Counted from the stretch's first letter, positions 47,416 to 56,833 are shown. The stretch is 64,000 nucleotides of DNA from Myxococcota bacterium (GCA_036338695.1 JAYZBQ010000059.1:132-64131); one strand, 5' to 3'. Notes: a model not told the origin generated them from the letters alone. Numbers and translations are program-made.

Positions 47416-50400
47416 TGGTCTCGTTGTATGTCGTTTTTGCAGCGCAAGTTAGCGGCGTGGTGCTGCTGCCTGATCGCGAAGGCCCTCAACCAGGCGCTGA
47501 GGTCCGCATGGGCAGAGCCGTTGCCGTAACCGACTCTGACGGCGGCTTCGCGTTGGATGTCGACGACCCCGCACAGCCGGTGGTCCTGCGCGTGGGGGGC
47601 CGTCAATGGACGCTCGGCACCATACCACTCAATCAGGAGGTGCCGACCGAACTCACGATCACGCTGCCGGTCGGTGACGCCGAGCCGCACGTCGAGGTGA
47701 AAGCCCTCGAGGCGCGCAAAATTCAAAATGCAAGCGAGGTGCAACTTGCGGTGCTCAAGCTGACGATTTTCGATCGAAATCAGAAGACGCCGATCGCGGG
47801 TGCGCGCGTGGTGGTGCGCGGAAGCAGTCACGAGGCGACGACTGATTCGCAGGGCATCGCTCGCCTACAGGTTCCGGCCGGTGACGTGGGTATTGCCGTC
47901 ATCGCACGCGGGTTTACGACAGAGCACCAGAGCGTGCGGGTGGAAGCGCAGGGGGCGACCACAGAGGTTCTGTTGGAGCCATCTGGTGTCACCCTCGACG
48001 CCTACACCGTTGCGGCGCCTCGTCTTCAAGGGAATGCGCTCGCGCTGTTGGAGGAGCGCCGTCAGTCGGCGAGTGTAGCGGATCTGTTAGGTGCGGAGCA
48101 AATGAGCCAGTCCGGCGACGGCGACGCGGCATCGGCAATGCGCCGAGTCACTGGAGTGACCTTGGTGGGGGGGCGCTTTATCTACGTTCGCGGGCTCGGT
48201 GAGCGGTATGCATCGACTTTGCTGGATGGCGCGCCTTTGCCCAGCCCTGACCCTGAGCGCCGTGTGGTTCCGCTTGATCTTTTTCCGACCGATTTTATCG
48301 GCAGCATCGCGGTGCAGAAGACGTTTAGTGCAGATCTTCCAGGTAATTTTGGTGGTGGCTTGGTCCAGATTCGAAGTCGGGAGGTCCCCAAGCAGCTGCA
48401 GGCTTCGGTGTCGTTGTCGATGGGTTGGCACCTCGGCACGACCAACGAGTTGTTGCTGATGGGTGACCAAGGCCCAACTGACTGGCTTGGTTTCGATGGA
48501 GGGCACCGAAGTTTGCCCCCTGAGGTCGCTCAGGCGAGCGCCGCTCAGCCGCTCTTGCAGACGGATATGTTCTCTGATCGCGGTTACACCGCAGCGGAGC
48601 TCGAGCGACTGGGCGAGGCGATGCCGAATCGTTGGGGTACCCAGATGAAAAAGGCACCCCCGAATTTAGGTATGTCGGCCACACTCGGCGATGGCTTCAA
48701 AATTTTTGGTAAACAAGGCGGCTACATGCTCGCCTTCACGCACGGTAACGCCTGGACCCGAACGGACCGTCTCATGAACATCTTTACGATGGGCACGACG
48801 GGGTTGGAACTGGCGCACCGCTATCAGTTTGAGGGCAGCAACAGAAACATCCCGATGGGTGGATTGGTGGCGCTTGGCTGGCAACCGCGAAAGGGTCACA
48901 AGCTGAGCCTCAACAGCCTTCTCGTGCGGATTAGCGATGATGAGATCATGCGCTACTCGGGGCGAAATCGGGACGTCGCCACGGACATCCGTATTACTCG
49001 TTATCGGTTTCTCGAGCGGACGGTTTTGTCAGAGAACTTGCGCGGTGAGCATCGGTTGTCCCTGGGGACATTTGATTGGCGCTTAAGCGGCGGCTTTGCG
49101 GCTCGCTCCGAGCCTGATCGGCGTCAGCTGCGTTACGATTATGAGCCAGGGGTTGATGAGTGGTATCTCTCGGGTCGACCCGATGGGAACCGACGGGTTT
49201 TCTCTGATCTTTTTGAACTTCACCTTGGCGGCGCGGCGAACCTCAAACTCAAGCTCAAGGGGTGGGGTAAGGACGCCTCTCAGCGCATGGGGCTGACTTT
49301 TGACTCGAAGGATCGTGATGTAGACACTCGCCGTTACCGCTTTATGCAAAAGGGCGAACTCAGCCGTTCGGCTGAAGTTCAGCGGCTCGCTCCTGACGCG
49401 ATCTTTTCGCCCGAGAACATCGGTTCTGATGGGTATCAGATCCAAGAGACGACACTGGCGACCGATAACTATCGAGGCGTTCAGTTTATCGGGGCAGGTT
49501 ACTGGCTTGCTGACATCCGGCCAACGAAGAACTGGCGTCTGCTGACAGGTCTTCGGCTCGAGTACGGGTTGCTGAGGATGGAGACCTTTGAACCCTTCAA
49601 TCCGAACGCAACGCCCATCACCAGTGAGCTCAAAAATATCGATTGGTTACCCTCCGCCACGGCGACCTACTCGATCAGTAAGCAGCAGTTGCTTCGGTTG
49701 GCGCTGGCTCGCACAGCCTCGCGACCGGATATTCGAGAACTCTCACCTGCGACCTTCAATGCGGTGACCGGGGGGCGGCAAATTTATGGAAATCCGGATC
49801 TAAAGCGCGCCATCATCAATCACTTCGATCTACGCTATGAATGGTTCCCTCAACGTGGCGACGTCGTCAGCTTCAGCCTGTTTGGAAAATACTTCGAGCA
49901 GCCGATCGAGACCGTCGTGATCCCGAGCGCTCAACTCTCGGTCAGTTTTGATAACGCAACATCGGCGACGAACATGGGATTGGAGGTCGAGGCGCGCCGC
50001 TCGTTGGCAAGCCTAAGTCCTGCGTTCAAGGGCTTCACCGTCGCCGGCAATGCGGCTCTAATTCAATCGAATATTGTCGTGCCTGAAGGCACGATCCAAA
50101 CCAATACCAAGCGACCGCTTCAGGGGCAGAGTCCTTACGTCCTTAACGGTCAGGTGATCCATCAAGCCGGTAAAAAGAACCGGCGCGTCACCACTTCGAT
50201 CATCTACAATATTTTCGGTCGGCGCATCTCTGAAGTGGGCGCGCTCGGAGCCCCCGATACCTACGAGGAGCCATTTGCGCAGCTCGATCTCGTCACCAGC
50301 GCCAAGTTGCCCCATCAGTTCAAGATCGGGCTCAAATTCAAGAATATCCTGGATCCAAAGGCTGAGTATCAACAAGGAGCAGAGACCGTTGTTAGTCGCC

Positions 50401-50447
50401 GTAAGGGGCGGGCAATCGGGCTTAGTATCTCGAGGAGTTTCAAATGA
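47415..50447 (+). CDS. TonB-dependent receptor with N-terminal carboxypeptidase-regulatory-like domains
   Basis: Two TDS.G Ig-like modules, plug YVRGLGERY...VPLDLFP...GNFGGG, GNPDL, RPLQGQSPY, barrel ending GLSISRSFK. TAATG overlap start. Confidence 0.92.
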   Translation: MVSLYVVFAAQVSGVVLLPDREGPQPGAEVRMGRAVAVTDSDGGFALDVDDPAQPVVLRVGGRQWTLGTIPLNQEVPTELTITLPVGDAEPHVEVKALEARKIQNASEVQLAVLKLTIFDRNQKTPIAGARVVVRGSSHEATTDSQGIARLQVPAGDVGIAVIARGFTTEHQSVRVEAQGATTEVLLEPSGVTLDAYTVAAPRLQGNALALLEERRQSASVADLLGAEQMSQSGDGDAASAMRRVTGVTLVGGRFIYVRGLGERYASTLLDGAPLPSPDPERRVVPLDLFPTDFIGSIAVQKTFSADLPGNFGGGLVQIRSREVPKQLQASVSLSMGWHLGTTNELLLMGDQGPTDWLGFDGGHRSLPPEVAQASAAQPLLQTDMFSDRGYTAAELERLGEAMPNRWGTQMKKAPPNLGMSATLGDGFKIFGKQGGYMLAFTHGNAWTRTDRLMNIFTMGTTGLELAHRYQFEGSNRNIPMGGLVALGWQPRKGHKLSLNSLLVRISDDEIMRYSGRNRDVATDIRITRYRFLERTVLSENLRGEHRLSLGTFDWRLSGGFAARSEPDRRQLRYDYEPGVDEWYLSGRPDGNRRVFSDLFELHLGGAANLKLKLKGWGKDASQRMGLTFDSKDRDVDTRRYRFMQKGELSRSAEVQRLAPDAIFSPENIGSDGYQIQETTLATDNYRGVQFIGAGYWLADIRPTKNWRLLTGLRLEYGLLRMETFEPFNPNATPITSELKNIDWLPSATATYSISKQQLLRLALARTASRPDIRELSPATFNAVTGGRQIYGNPDLKRAIINHFDLRYEWFPQRGDVVSFSLFGKYFEQPIETVVIPSAQLSVSFDNATSATNMGLEVEARRSLASLSPAFKGFTVAGNAALIQSNIVVPEGTIQTNTKRPLQGQSPYVLNGQVIHQAGKKNRRVTTSIIYNIFGRRISEVGALGAPDTYEEPFAQLDLVTSAKLPHQFKIGLKFKNILDPKAEYQQGAETVVSRRKGRAIGLSISRSFK

Positions 50448-51178
50448 CCGCCTGCTACAATTCGCAGCTAGATTGCTCGTCGGTTTGTGCGGGCTCGTGG
50501 GCGGGACGTTGGATTCTGATTGGGCTCGACGGGGCGCTCGAGCGCTCATTACGAGCGTGTTTAGAGCCACAAGGCATGCTGGTACTTGCCGCACCGAGAC
50601 TCCTCCCTGAAATGAGGATGACGGCGTTGCCGCAGACCATTGTTTGTTCCGTCAACGCGCTCAGCGACGCAGGTTCGGACGTACTCAAGGCGTTGACGGG
50701 CTCAACGGGTGTCGCCGTGTTGGTCGTCGGTGATATGAGCCCGAGTCGGCGCTTGTCCGTGTTGCTTCAGGGTGTTTCTGAGATCGTCTCGCCCGACGTT
50801 CTGGCTGGTGAACTCTACGTAAGGGCTCAGCGCTTCTTTTGCAGCGACGACGTCGTCTCGAGACCCCCTCCAAGCAACCGTGGTCCTGTGATCGAGTTGG
50901 GTGAGTTGGCGATCGATCGGGTGGCGCACCGTGTTTTTGTTGGTGACGATGAAGTACATTTCTCAACCTTGGAATACCGGTTGATGAACGACTTCGTGGA
51001 CCATTGCGATGAGCTTCGAACGCGCCAGCAGCTATTGGCTGATGTGTGGTCAGCCCCGGGGGATGCCTCAAGGACGGTCGATACACACGTTCGCCGACTG
51101 CGGGTTAAGTTGGGACGTTGCGGCTGGATGATCCAGACCGTGCGTGGCTTGGGATATCGATTTTCGGCACGGTCCTAG
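50444..51178 (+). CDS. OmpR/PhoB winged-helix regulator with degenerate receiver domain
   Basis: C-terminus IDRVAHRV...LEYRL...LLADVW...RTVDTHVRRLR...RGLGYRF. The N-terminus lacks the acidic pocket, phospho-Asp and KP motif. Confidence 0.8.
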   Translation: MTACYNSQLDCSSVCAGSWAGRWILIGLDGALERSLRACLEPQGMLVLAAPRLLPEMRMTALPQTIVCSVNALSDAGSDVLKALTGSTGVAVLVVGDMSPSRRLSVLLQGVSEIVSPDVLAGELYVRAQRFFCSDDVVSRPPPSNRGPVIELGELAIDRVAHRVFVGDDEVHFSTLEYRLMNDFVDHCDELRTRQQLLADVWSAPGDASRTVDTHVRRLRVKLGRCGWMIQTVRGLGYRFSARS

Positions 51179-51179
51179 C

Positions 51180-52466
51180 GTGTTTCGCTGCGCGCTGAGT
51201 ATCACCCTAGGTCTTCTTGGCTGCGGCTCCACGCCTAGCGATGAGTTTGCGCCTGCCGTATTGGCACGAGCTCATCAGGCGGATCGTTGTGCGCGCCCTA
51301 GCTTGTTGCGGCTTCGTTATACGAGGATGGCGAGGGCAAGCTACGCCTACATGAGGGCTGCTCGATCGGTGCTGGTCGCTCGCAGGCAACTCGCGGCAGA
51401 GACACAGCCTCTGCCGGATCTCGGTCGCGGTCTAGGGCCAGGTGACCCTCACCTGGAAAACTTCGGCGTCATGCATAGTGCCGGCGGTCCTGTTGTGACC
51501 TTCAACGATTGGGATGCCGCAGGCGCTCATAATTTCGCGTGGAGCCTCGAGCGGCTAGCGCTCAGTGTAGGCTTGACCACAGAGCGCTACGGTTATGCTG
51601 ATGAGGACCTAAGGCGCGTCATTCGACAGACGCTGTCCGGTTATCGAGCCGGACGATGTGGTCAAGAAGAGGCGCCTGCCTCTGAGGCGGTCGACCAGCT
51701 CCTTCGGTTGGCGTCTGAATCAGATGGTGGCTTGAGCAAATACACCGAGTTAGGTCGCCTTCGGTGGGGTGTGACGTCTTCGGGGCGACAAGCGGTCGTT
51801 CCGCTTCCGTCTGCGCTCGCCGATCACGTGATCGATCAGGTCAGCCGACATCTTGAACACAGCTTGGTCGATATCGGTGTCCTACTTGGTCGTGGGATTT
51901 CCGGATTAACCCGTTTGCGTTTGTTGGCACTGACTCGAGACGGGCTCACCTTGCGCCTGGTCGAGTTCAAAGAGTTAATCCCGCCGGGCGACGTGCAGGT
52001 TAAGCAGGATGTGCTGCTCACCGGTGACATCATGACTCAGTCGTTAGCGGTGGCGCGCCGTCTGTGGCCTGAGGGCGTCGGTTTGGGGTGGCGCATCGTC
52101 GAGGTGCTTGGCCAGCCGATGTGGTTGCGTGAGATGCTCCCGGGGGAGAAGGGTTTTGAACATGATGAACTCGGACTTCATACAGGTTCGCCCGAGGGAC
52201 TCGCTGAGCTGGGCGAGACGCTTGCCTGGCGGCTGGGACGAGCTCACCACGAGTCGACGTCAGTATGCCCCCCAGCGTTCTTGAGCGCGCACGTTGAGGG
52301 GCTCGTGAATGCGCTGACCCAGCAGCATCGTGACCACGGGGCGTTCAAGGCTGCGTTTACACGCCATGGGCTTGGGCTTGGAGCGCCAACTTGCGAGAGC
52401 AGCCCAAGCGCGGAGCGACGACGTCTTCTGGGGCTCGATGTTTTTGAAAGCGAGATGATGCGATGA
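51180..52466 (+). CDS. DUF2252 family (kinase-like) protein with lipoprotein signal
   Basis: GTG 51180 MFRCALSITLGLLGC, RYTRM, GDPHLENFG, FNDWD, GISGL, EFKE, LGRAH. Confidence 0.75.
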   Translation: MFRCALSITLGLLGCGSTPSDEFAPAVLARAHQADRCARPSLLRLRYTRMARASYAYMRAARSVLVARRQLAAETQPLPDLGRGLGPGDPHLENFGVMHSAGGPVVTFNDWDAAGAHNFAWSLERLALSVGLTTERYGYADEDLRRVIRQTLSGYRAGRCGQEEAPASEAVDQLLRLASESDGGLSKYTELGRLRWGVTSSGRQAVVPLPSALADHVIDQVSRHLEHSLVDIGVLLGRGISGLTRLRLLALTRDGLTLRLVEFKELIPPGDVQVKQDVLLTGDIMTQSLAVARRLWPEGVGLGWRIVEVLGQPMWLREMLPGEKGFEHDELGLHTGSPEGLAELGETLAWRLGRAHHESTSVCPPAFLSAHVEGLVNALTQQHRDHGAFKAAFTRHGLGLGAPTCESSPSAERRRLLGLDVFESEMMR

Positions 52467-53389
52467 TGATCGTTTGGGCAGCTGTTGGTCTGCAGGTTTT
52501 GACCGGGGCCGAGGTCACGGGTGATGGAGACTCGGAGCGTGCGCAGTTGGTGATGCCACGTTTGCGGCTCGCCTATGACGAACGGTTAGCCCTCGTTGAG
52601 GTCGAGGCGATCCGCAGCATCTCGAGCGGTAGCCTGTTTGGGGTAGCTGGCGACAGTCAGTTGATCCGAGTGCGCCGTGCGGAGCTGCGGTTCGGTGAAC
52701 ACGATCGTTGGATGGTACGAGCCGGTTTGGTGCGTATTCCTTGGCTCGAGGTTTCAAATGTCGCTTGGACCTCGAGCGATAGTCAGCCCCATGGCTGGGT
52801 AGAGTACGAGTTGATGGATGCCACCGACTTAGGCGTAAGCTTCGAGGGGTGCACTGCCAATCGATTGTGCGGTCATATCGCCGCCGTCGCCGGCGAGGGA
52901 GCGCATCAGCGGGAACTCAATGACAGCCCTTCGGTTCACGGCGCGACGACCTTTGAGAGGCATTCTCTGCTTCTGAGTTTAGGGGCGGTGTATGGTATGA
53001 GAGGGGTGAGCCGTGCGCGCGATCATCGGGCGATGGCATTGGCTACATGGAAAGCACCGCGGTACTCAGCCTTCGCGTCCTGGATCGAGGGTTGGGGGCG
53101 CGGCGATGATGGCTCCGTTCGCTGGGTGCTCACCGAGGTCGGTGGTTCGACGTCTTTCGGCGTGTATACGGTTGCTGCTCGGCTCCGTTACACGGACTTG
53201 AGTCGGCAACTCGCAGATCGCTGGCAATTCGTTTCTAGCCTACAGCTTGAGCGTCAAGTGCGAGGACCGCTGGCAGCCCGTATTTGGCTCGATCAGCGAC
53301 AACGAGGGGCTGCCTCTGAGCAAGCCGATCTCGGTCAATGGCGGTGGCGTGCAGGGGCGGGTCTGAGCTTTCGTAGGCAGCCATCATGA
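52463..53389 (+). CDS. Putative porin-like outer membrane protein
   Basis: PRLRL, IRVRRAEL, VRAGLVRIPW, DLGV, GEG; amphipathic strands, as in OprO/P-like porins. Confidence 0.55.
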   Translation: MMIVWAAVGLQVLTGAEVTGDGDSERAQLVMPRLRLAYDERLALVEVEAIRSISSGSLFGVAGDSQLIRVRRAELRFGEHDRWMVRAGLVRIPWLEVSNVAWTSSDSQPHGWVEYELMDATDLGVSFEGCTANRLCGHIAAVAGEGAHQRELNDSPSVHGATTFERHSLLLSLGAVYGMRGVSRARDHRAMALATWKAPRYSAFASWIEGWGRGDDGSVRWVLTEVGGSTSFGVYTVAARLRYTDLSRQLADRWQFVSSLQLERQVRGPLAARIWLDQRQRGAASEQADLGQWRWRAGAGLSFRRQPS

Positions 53390-53958
53390 GGGTTCTTCGT
53401 TTCCTCGCTCTCGGTTGCGTCGGGTTGGGTTGCGGCGCACAGCCCAACGCGAACTCGCCCGCTCGTGACTACAATTACACTCACTGGCTTGATGCAACTG
53501 AGCAGACCTCGCAGTGGACTCTTGACTGGGTGGAAGAACCTGATTTTCAGTTGGCGCTCGTGCAGGGAAAGGGCACGGATCGGGTCGTTATCGAGCGCCT
53601 CGGCGATACACCCGCCAATTCGGCCGCTTTTTATGTTGCGGACGGCAGCCTGCTCGAGCCTCAATTTGATCACCTGACCGCGTTACCTAATACAAGTGTT
53701 GCCACGGGGGAATTGGTGGCGCTGCGTGAGGATGACGGGACGCCTGGGCAGGAACTCGAAGCGTGTCAGGACGGCGTGATCTCGTGTGCTGTTCTCGGGT
53801 TTGGGATCTCCAATTCAAGCGGTGAAGCGGTGTGGTTACTTGACGCCCAGCTGCGTGTACTCGATCGAACAGCCTATCCCGGCGGGTTATCGAGCGGGCA
53901 ATGCTGGATCCGCCGTGAGCGCTTGTGGCGCGTCGAGTCTTGCGCTGCCGGGCCTTGA
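53386..53958 (+). CDS. Lipoprotein with lamin-tail-like domain
   Basis: GLGC lipobox, DRVVI..., FGISNSSGEAVWLLD...LDRTAY. Confidence 0.6.
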   Translation: MRVLRFLALGCVGLGCGAQPNANSPARDYNYTHWLDATEQTSQWTLDWVEEPDFQLALVQGKGTDRVVIERLGDTPANSAAFYVADGSLLEPQFDHLTALPNTSVATGELVALREDDGTPGQELEACQDGVISCAVLGFGISNSSGEAVWLLDAQLRVLDRTAYPGGLSSGQCWIRRERLWRVESCAAGP

Positions 53959-54006
53959 CGCACCCCTGGTGAGTATGAGCCGATAACAGGTCACCAAGGA
54001 GGGGTT

Positions 54007-55599
54007 ATGCCGCGCATCCCGTCACGCCCAACGGTCGCACCTCCGACCGCAACGCCCAACCAGCCGAACACGCCGCTGTCGCGTGAAGGCGGCACCTCGG
54101 ATCGGTTCGAGGCGGGGTCAAAGGCGGTGTTTGAAGCCTACTTTACGCCCTATGAGCCGGCGCAAAAGGCTGAGCTTGCGGCGCTCGATACCCTCCTCGC
54201 TGCGCGTCGCGCAGACGAGACGGTCTATCCCGACGGTGAGAACCCTTATCGGATCGATTACGCGGTCTACAACCTGCGCAGCAAGGCGGTCATCAAGCGT
54301 TTGATTGAGGCAGCCGGCAGCGGCGTTGACGTGCGCGTGCTGGTCGAGGCCGATCAGATCTCGCCTGAGCGGCCTTGGAATACGGTCGATGAGCAGTTTG
54401 AAGAGGCGGGCTTGCAGGTGATGCGCAGCGACAAAAATACCTCGCTTGCGGAGCGGGAGGCGGCGACGCTGGTGGGGATCGACTCAAACCATCTGATGCA
54501 CCTCAAAGCGCGCGTGCTCAACTGGAAGAATCCGGAGACGGGTCAGCCCGAGCAGCTGGTGCTGTCGGGTTCGATGAACCCGGGCGATGGTGCGGCGCGT
54601 AACGACGAGAACTTAAACGCCATTCGAGACCCGCGCATCGCCAAGCTCTATGAAGAGAAGGTCGACGCGGTGCTTGCTCATCGGCGCACGGACAACGTCT
54701 GGAACCCTGACCAGGCGATCAATGTCCTGTTCACCCCGGCTAAATCGGGTCCGCGCCCCATCGAGAAGCTCTTTGAGTGGATCGACCAAGAGCAAGAGCA
54801 GATCCTGATCAACGTCTTCGATATGAAGGACGTCATTGACCCGGCGTCGAAGAAAAAGCTCACCGAGAAATTGATCGAGGCGAAGGATCGAGGCGTCGAC
54901 GTCGTCGTCGTGACGGACCGCAAGAAGAGCGATGGGCGTGACGCGCAGGGCAACCGCGTGGAGATGTACGGACACTTTGCCAGCAACTCCTGGGTCGATG
55001 AAGACCTCGAGCGCGCGGGGATTCCGGTGTACGAATTTCAGAATGAGTCGGGTCAGTACAACGCAGTCCACGGCAAGGCCGCCATCTTTGGTCGATCGCA
55101 AACGAAGGTGCTCACCGGAGCAGGTAACTGGACGCGCGGCTCGATCGGCAGCGGGAACAAGCGCGCGCGGAACGAAGAGTCCTTTATCTTTGTCGACTCG
55201 GGGCGGCTCGACGGCAACCGCACCGGGCGTCGCTACATGAGCAACTTTTTGTATCTGCTGCGCCACTATGACCACCAAAACACAGAGCACGCGCCTGCTG
55301 AGGAGCTCATCGCTAAGCTCCAGAGCCGTCCGGGCTGGCCCCGCGTGGATTTTGACCCCGTCCGGCTGTTGCCCGCTGATTTTGAGGGCGAGGCGGTGTT
55401 GACGGGCGATCACCCTGCGCTGGCAGAGGGGCTCCGGGTACGCACGGGGAATTCCCCGGGCGCCTTGCTTCAGCCTGCGCTTGAGCTGCCGTTTGGCAGC
55501 CAGATCACCTACGACGTGGCCGACCCCCAAGGCGCGGTGGTCAGCGATGACCTGACGTTGACGGTCCTGCCACGAGGCGATGAGGTGGCGCGACCATGA
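54007..55599 (+). CDS. Phospholipase D/nuclease superfamily protein with two variant HKD motifs and a CBM20-like C-terminus
   Basis: MHLKARVLN...SGSMN...NDEN and VHGKAAIFG...TGAGNWT...NEE. C-terminus VLTGDHPAL...LPFG...Y. No signal peptide. AAGGAGG RBS. Confidence 0.85.
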   Translation: MPRIPSRPTVAPPTATPNQPNTPLSREGGTSDRFEAGSKAVFEAYFTPYEPAQKAELAALDTLLAARRADETVYPDGENPYRIDYAVYNLRSKAVIKRLIEAAGSGVDVRVLVEADQISPERPWNTVDEQFEEAGLQVMRSDKNTSLAEREAATLVGIDSNHLMHLKARVLNWKNPETGQPEQLVLSGSMNPGDGAARNDENLNAIRDPRIAKLYEEKVDAVLAHRRTDNVWNPDQAINVLFTPAKSGPRPIEKLFEWIDQEQEQILINVFDMKDVIDPASKKKLTEKLIEAKDRGVDVVVVTDRKKSDGRDAQGNRVEMYGHFASNSWVDEDLERAGIPVYEFQNESGQYNAVHGKAAIFGRSQTKVLTGAGNWTRGSIGSGNKRARNEESFIFVDSGRLDGNRTGRRYMSNFLYLLRHYDHQNTEHAPAEELIAKLQSRPGWPRVDFDPVRLLPADFEGEAVLTGDHPALAEGLRVRTGNSPGALLQPALELPFGSQITYDVADPQGAVVSDDLTLTVLPRGDEVARP

Positions 55600-56435
55600 C
55601 ACGGATCCATCCACATACCTTGCAGCAGCCTGCTGCGCCGCAGCCCAGGCAAGCGCCTGCGCATCAGGCGGACGAGCCGGCACCGCCGGGCGCATCGAGC
55701 GCACCCTTAAAGGACGGCTTCGACCGCAGCGCACCGCCGCAAGAGGCGCTGGGGGCGGCGCCGATGAACGAGTCGAGCCGTCTCCAACTCGAGCGGCAGC
55801 TGCGCACGAGCGCTGAGCGCGTCGCGAGCGTCTTCCCCGAACCCATGCGCCCCGCCGTCCAAGACGCGCTCGACGTCTCGATCCGCCGTATTGGTGAGGC
55901 GAAAGCATCGGGGCAGATCGATGCTTTGGAAGCAAACCAGGCGACCGAGATGATGCGCGAGTTGTTCGAAGGATTGACCGATCTGCGCACGGGCGACGCG
56001 CAGGTGACGGTGCGCCCGAACGACAACGCAGGCGTCAGCGTCTGGCGTCTTCGAGGCGTTGACGGTGATGAGTTTCAGGTCACGGCGCGTCGGCGCGTCG
56101 ACGCCTTCGGCGAGGCGCGTATCAGCTTCCGTCAGGTGCTCGACGACGATCAGCGCCTGCCAGGTCGTCATCGCGTGAGCTTGCGCGTCGACCTCGAGCG
56201 CTTCGGTCAAGCCTCGGTGGACATGCAGTTTGGGGGATCGAGTCTCGATAAACGGATCCATGGGCTGATGAAAAACCCAGACGGGACGGTTTTTGAGACG
56301 CCGTCGGGGAAGCAACTGGCCGACCATCACTTTCGCGATCAGCTGCCCGATCACATCGAAGACCCCGAGGTCTTTGCGCAGCTCGTCGAGGGGTTCAGCC
56401 GTGGCATCATGCAGCCGCTTGAGCAGCTTCCGTGA
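55596..56435 (+). CDS. Hypothetical protein with Pro/Gln/Ala-rich N-terminal leader
   Basis: ATGA-coupled to the PLD gene, 279 aa, codon usage typical of the host. Confidence 0.75.
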   Translation: MTRIHPHTLQQPAAPQPRQAPAHQADEPAPPGASSAPLKDGFDRSAPPQEALGAAPMNESSRLQLERQLRTSAERVASVFPEPMRPAVQDALDVSIRRIGEAKASGQIDALEANQATEMMRELFEGLTDLRTGDAQVTVRPNDNAGVSVWRLRGVDGDEFQVTARRRVDAFGEARISFRQVLDDDQRLPGRHRVSLRVDLERFGQASVDMQFGGSSLDKRIHGLMKNPDGTVFETPSGKQLADHHFRDQLPDHIEDPEVFAQLVEGFSRGIMQPLEQLP

Positions 56436-56833
56436 TGCCGACCGAATTTGTCTTTCGCTCGTTTTCCGATGGGACCGCAGAGGCGGTGGGGACACCCGAC
56501 GGCGTCCCGGAGCAGATCGCCCAACTCTTGGTGACCGAGGCGGCGCGACAGGTGTCGGTGCCGGGGCTGTGGCAAGGGGTCATGACGCACGCTGAGGATC
56601 AGACCTCGATTGAATTGAGCCGGCTCGGTGATGAAGATCAAGCGGTAGCGGTGGTTCGCGCCCGGCGCTTGAACGGCGACCTCGAGCTCGACAGCGCCCA
56701 CGTGGACGCTGGGCAGTACCCGGCAGTCGCAACGACCGAGTCCCTCGCCTCAGCCGCTGCGCTGGAGCTTGAGCGCCTACCGGATGAGCGCTGGCATCGT
56801 CTCGTCTTGGTGCTCGAGCACCCTAGAAACTGA
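56432..56833 (+). CDS. Small acidic hypothetical protein
   Basis: Start overlaps the upstream stop. 133 aa, D/E-rich. Confidence 0.65.
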   Translation: MMPTEFVFRSFSDGTAEAVGTPDGVPEQIAQLLVTEAARQVSVPGLWQGVMTHAEDQTSIELSRLGDEDQAVAVVRARRLNGDLELDSAHVDAGQYPAVATTESLASAAALELERLPDERWHRLVLVLEHPRN

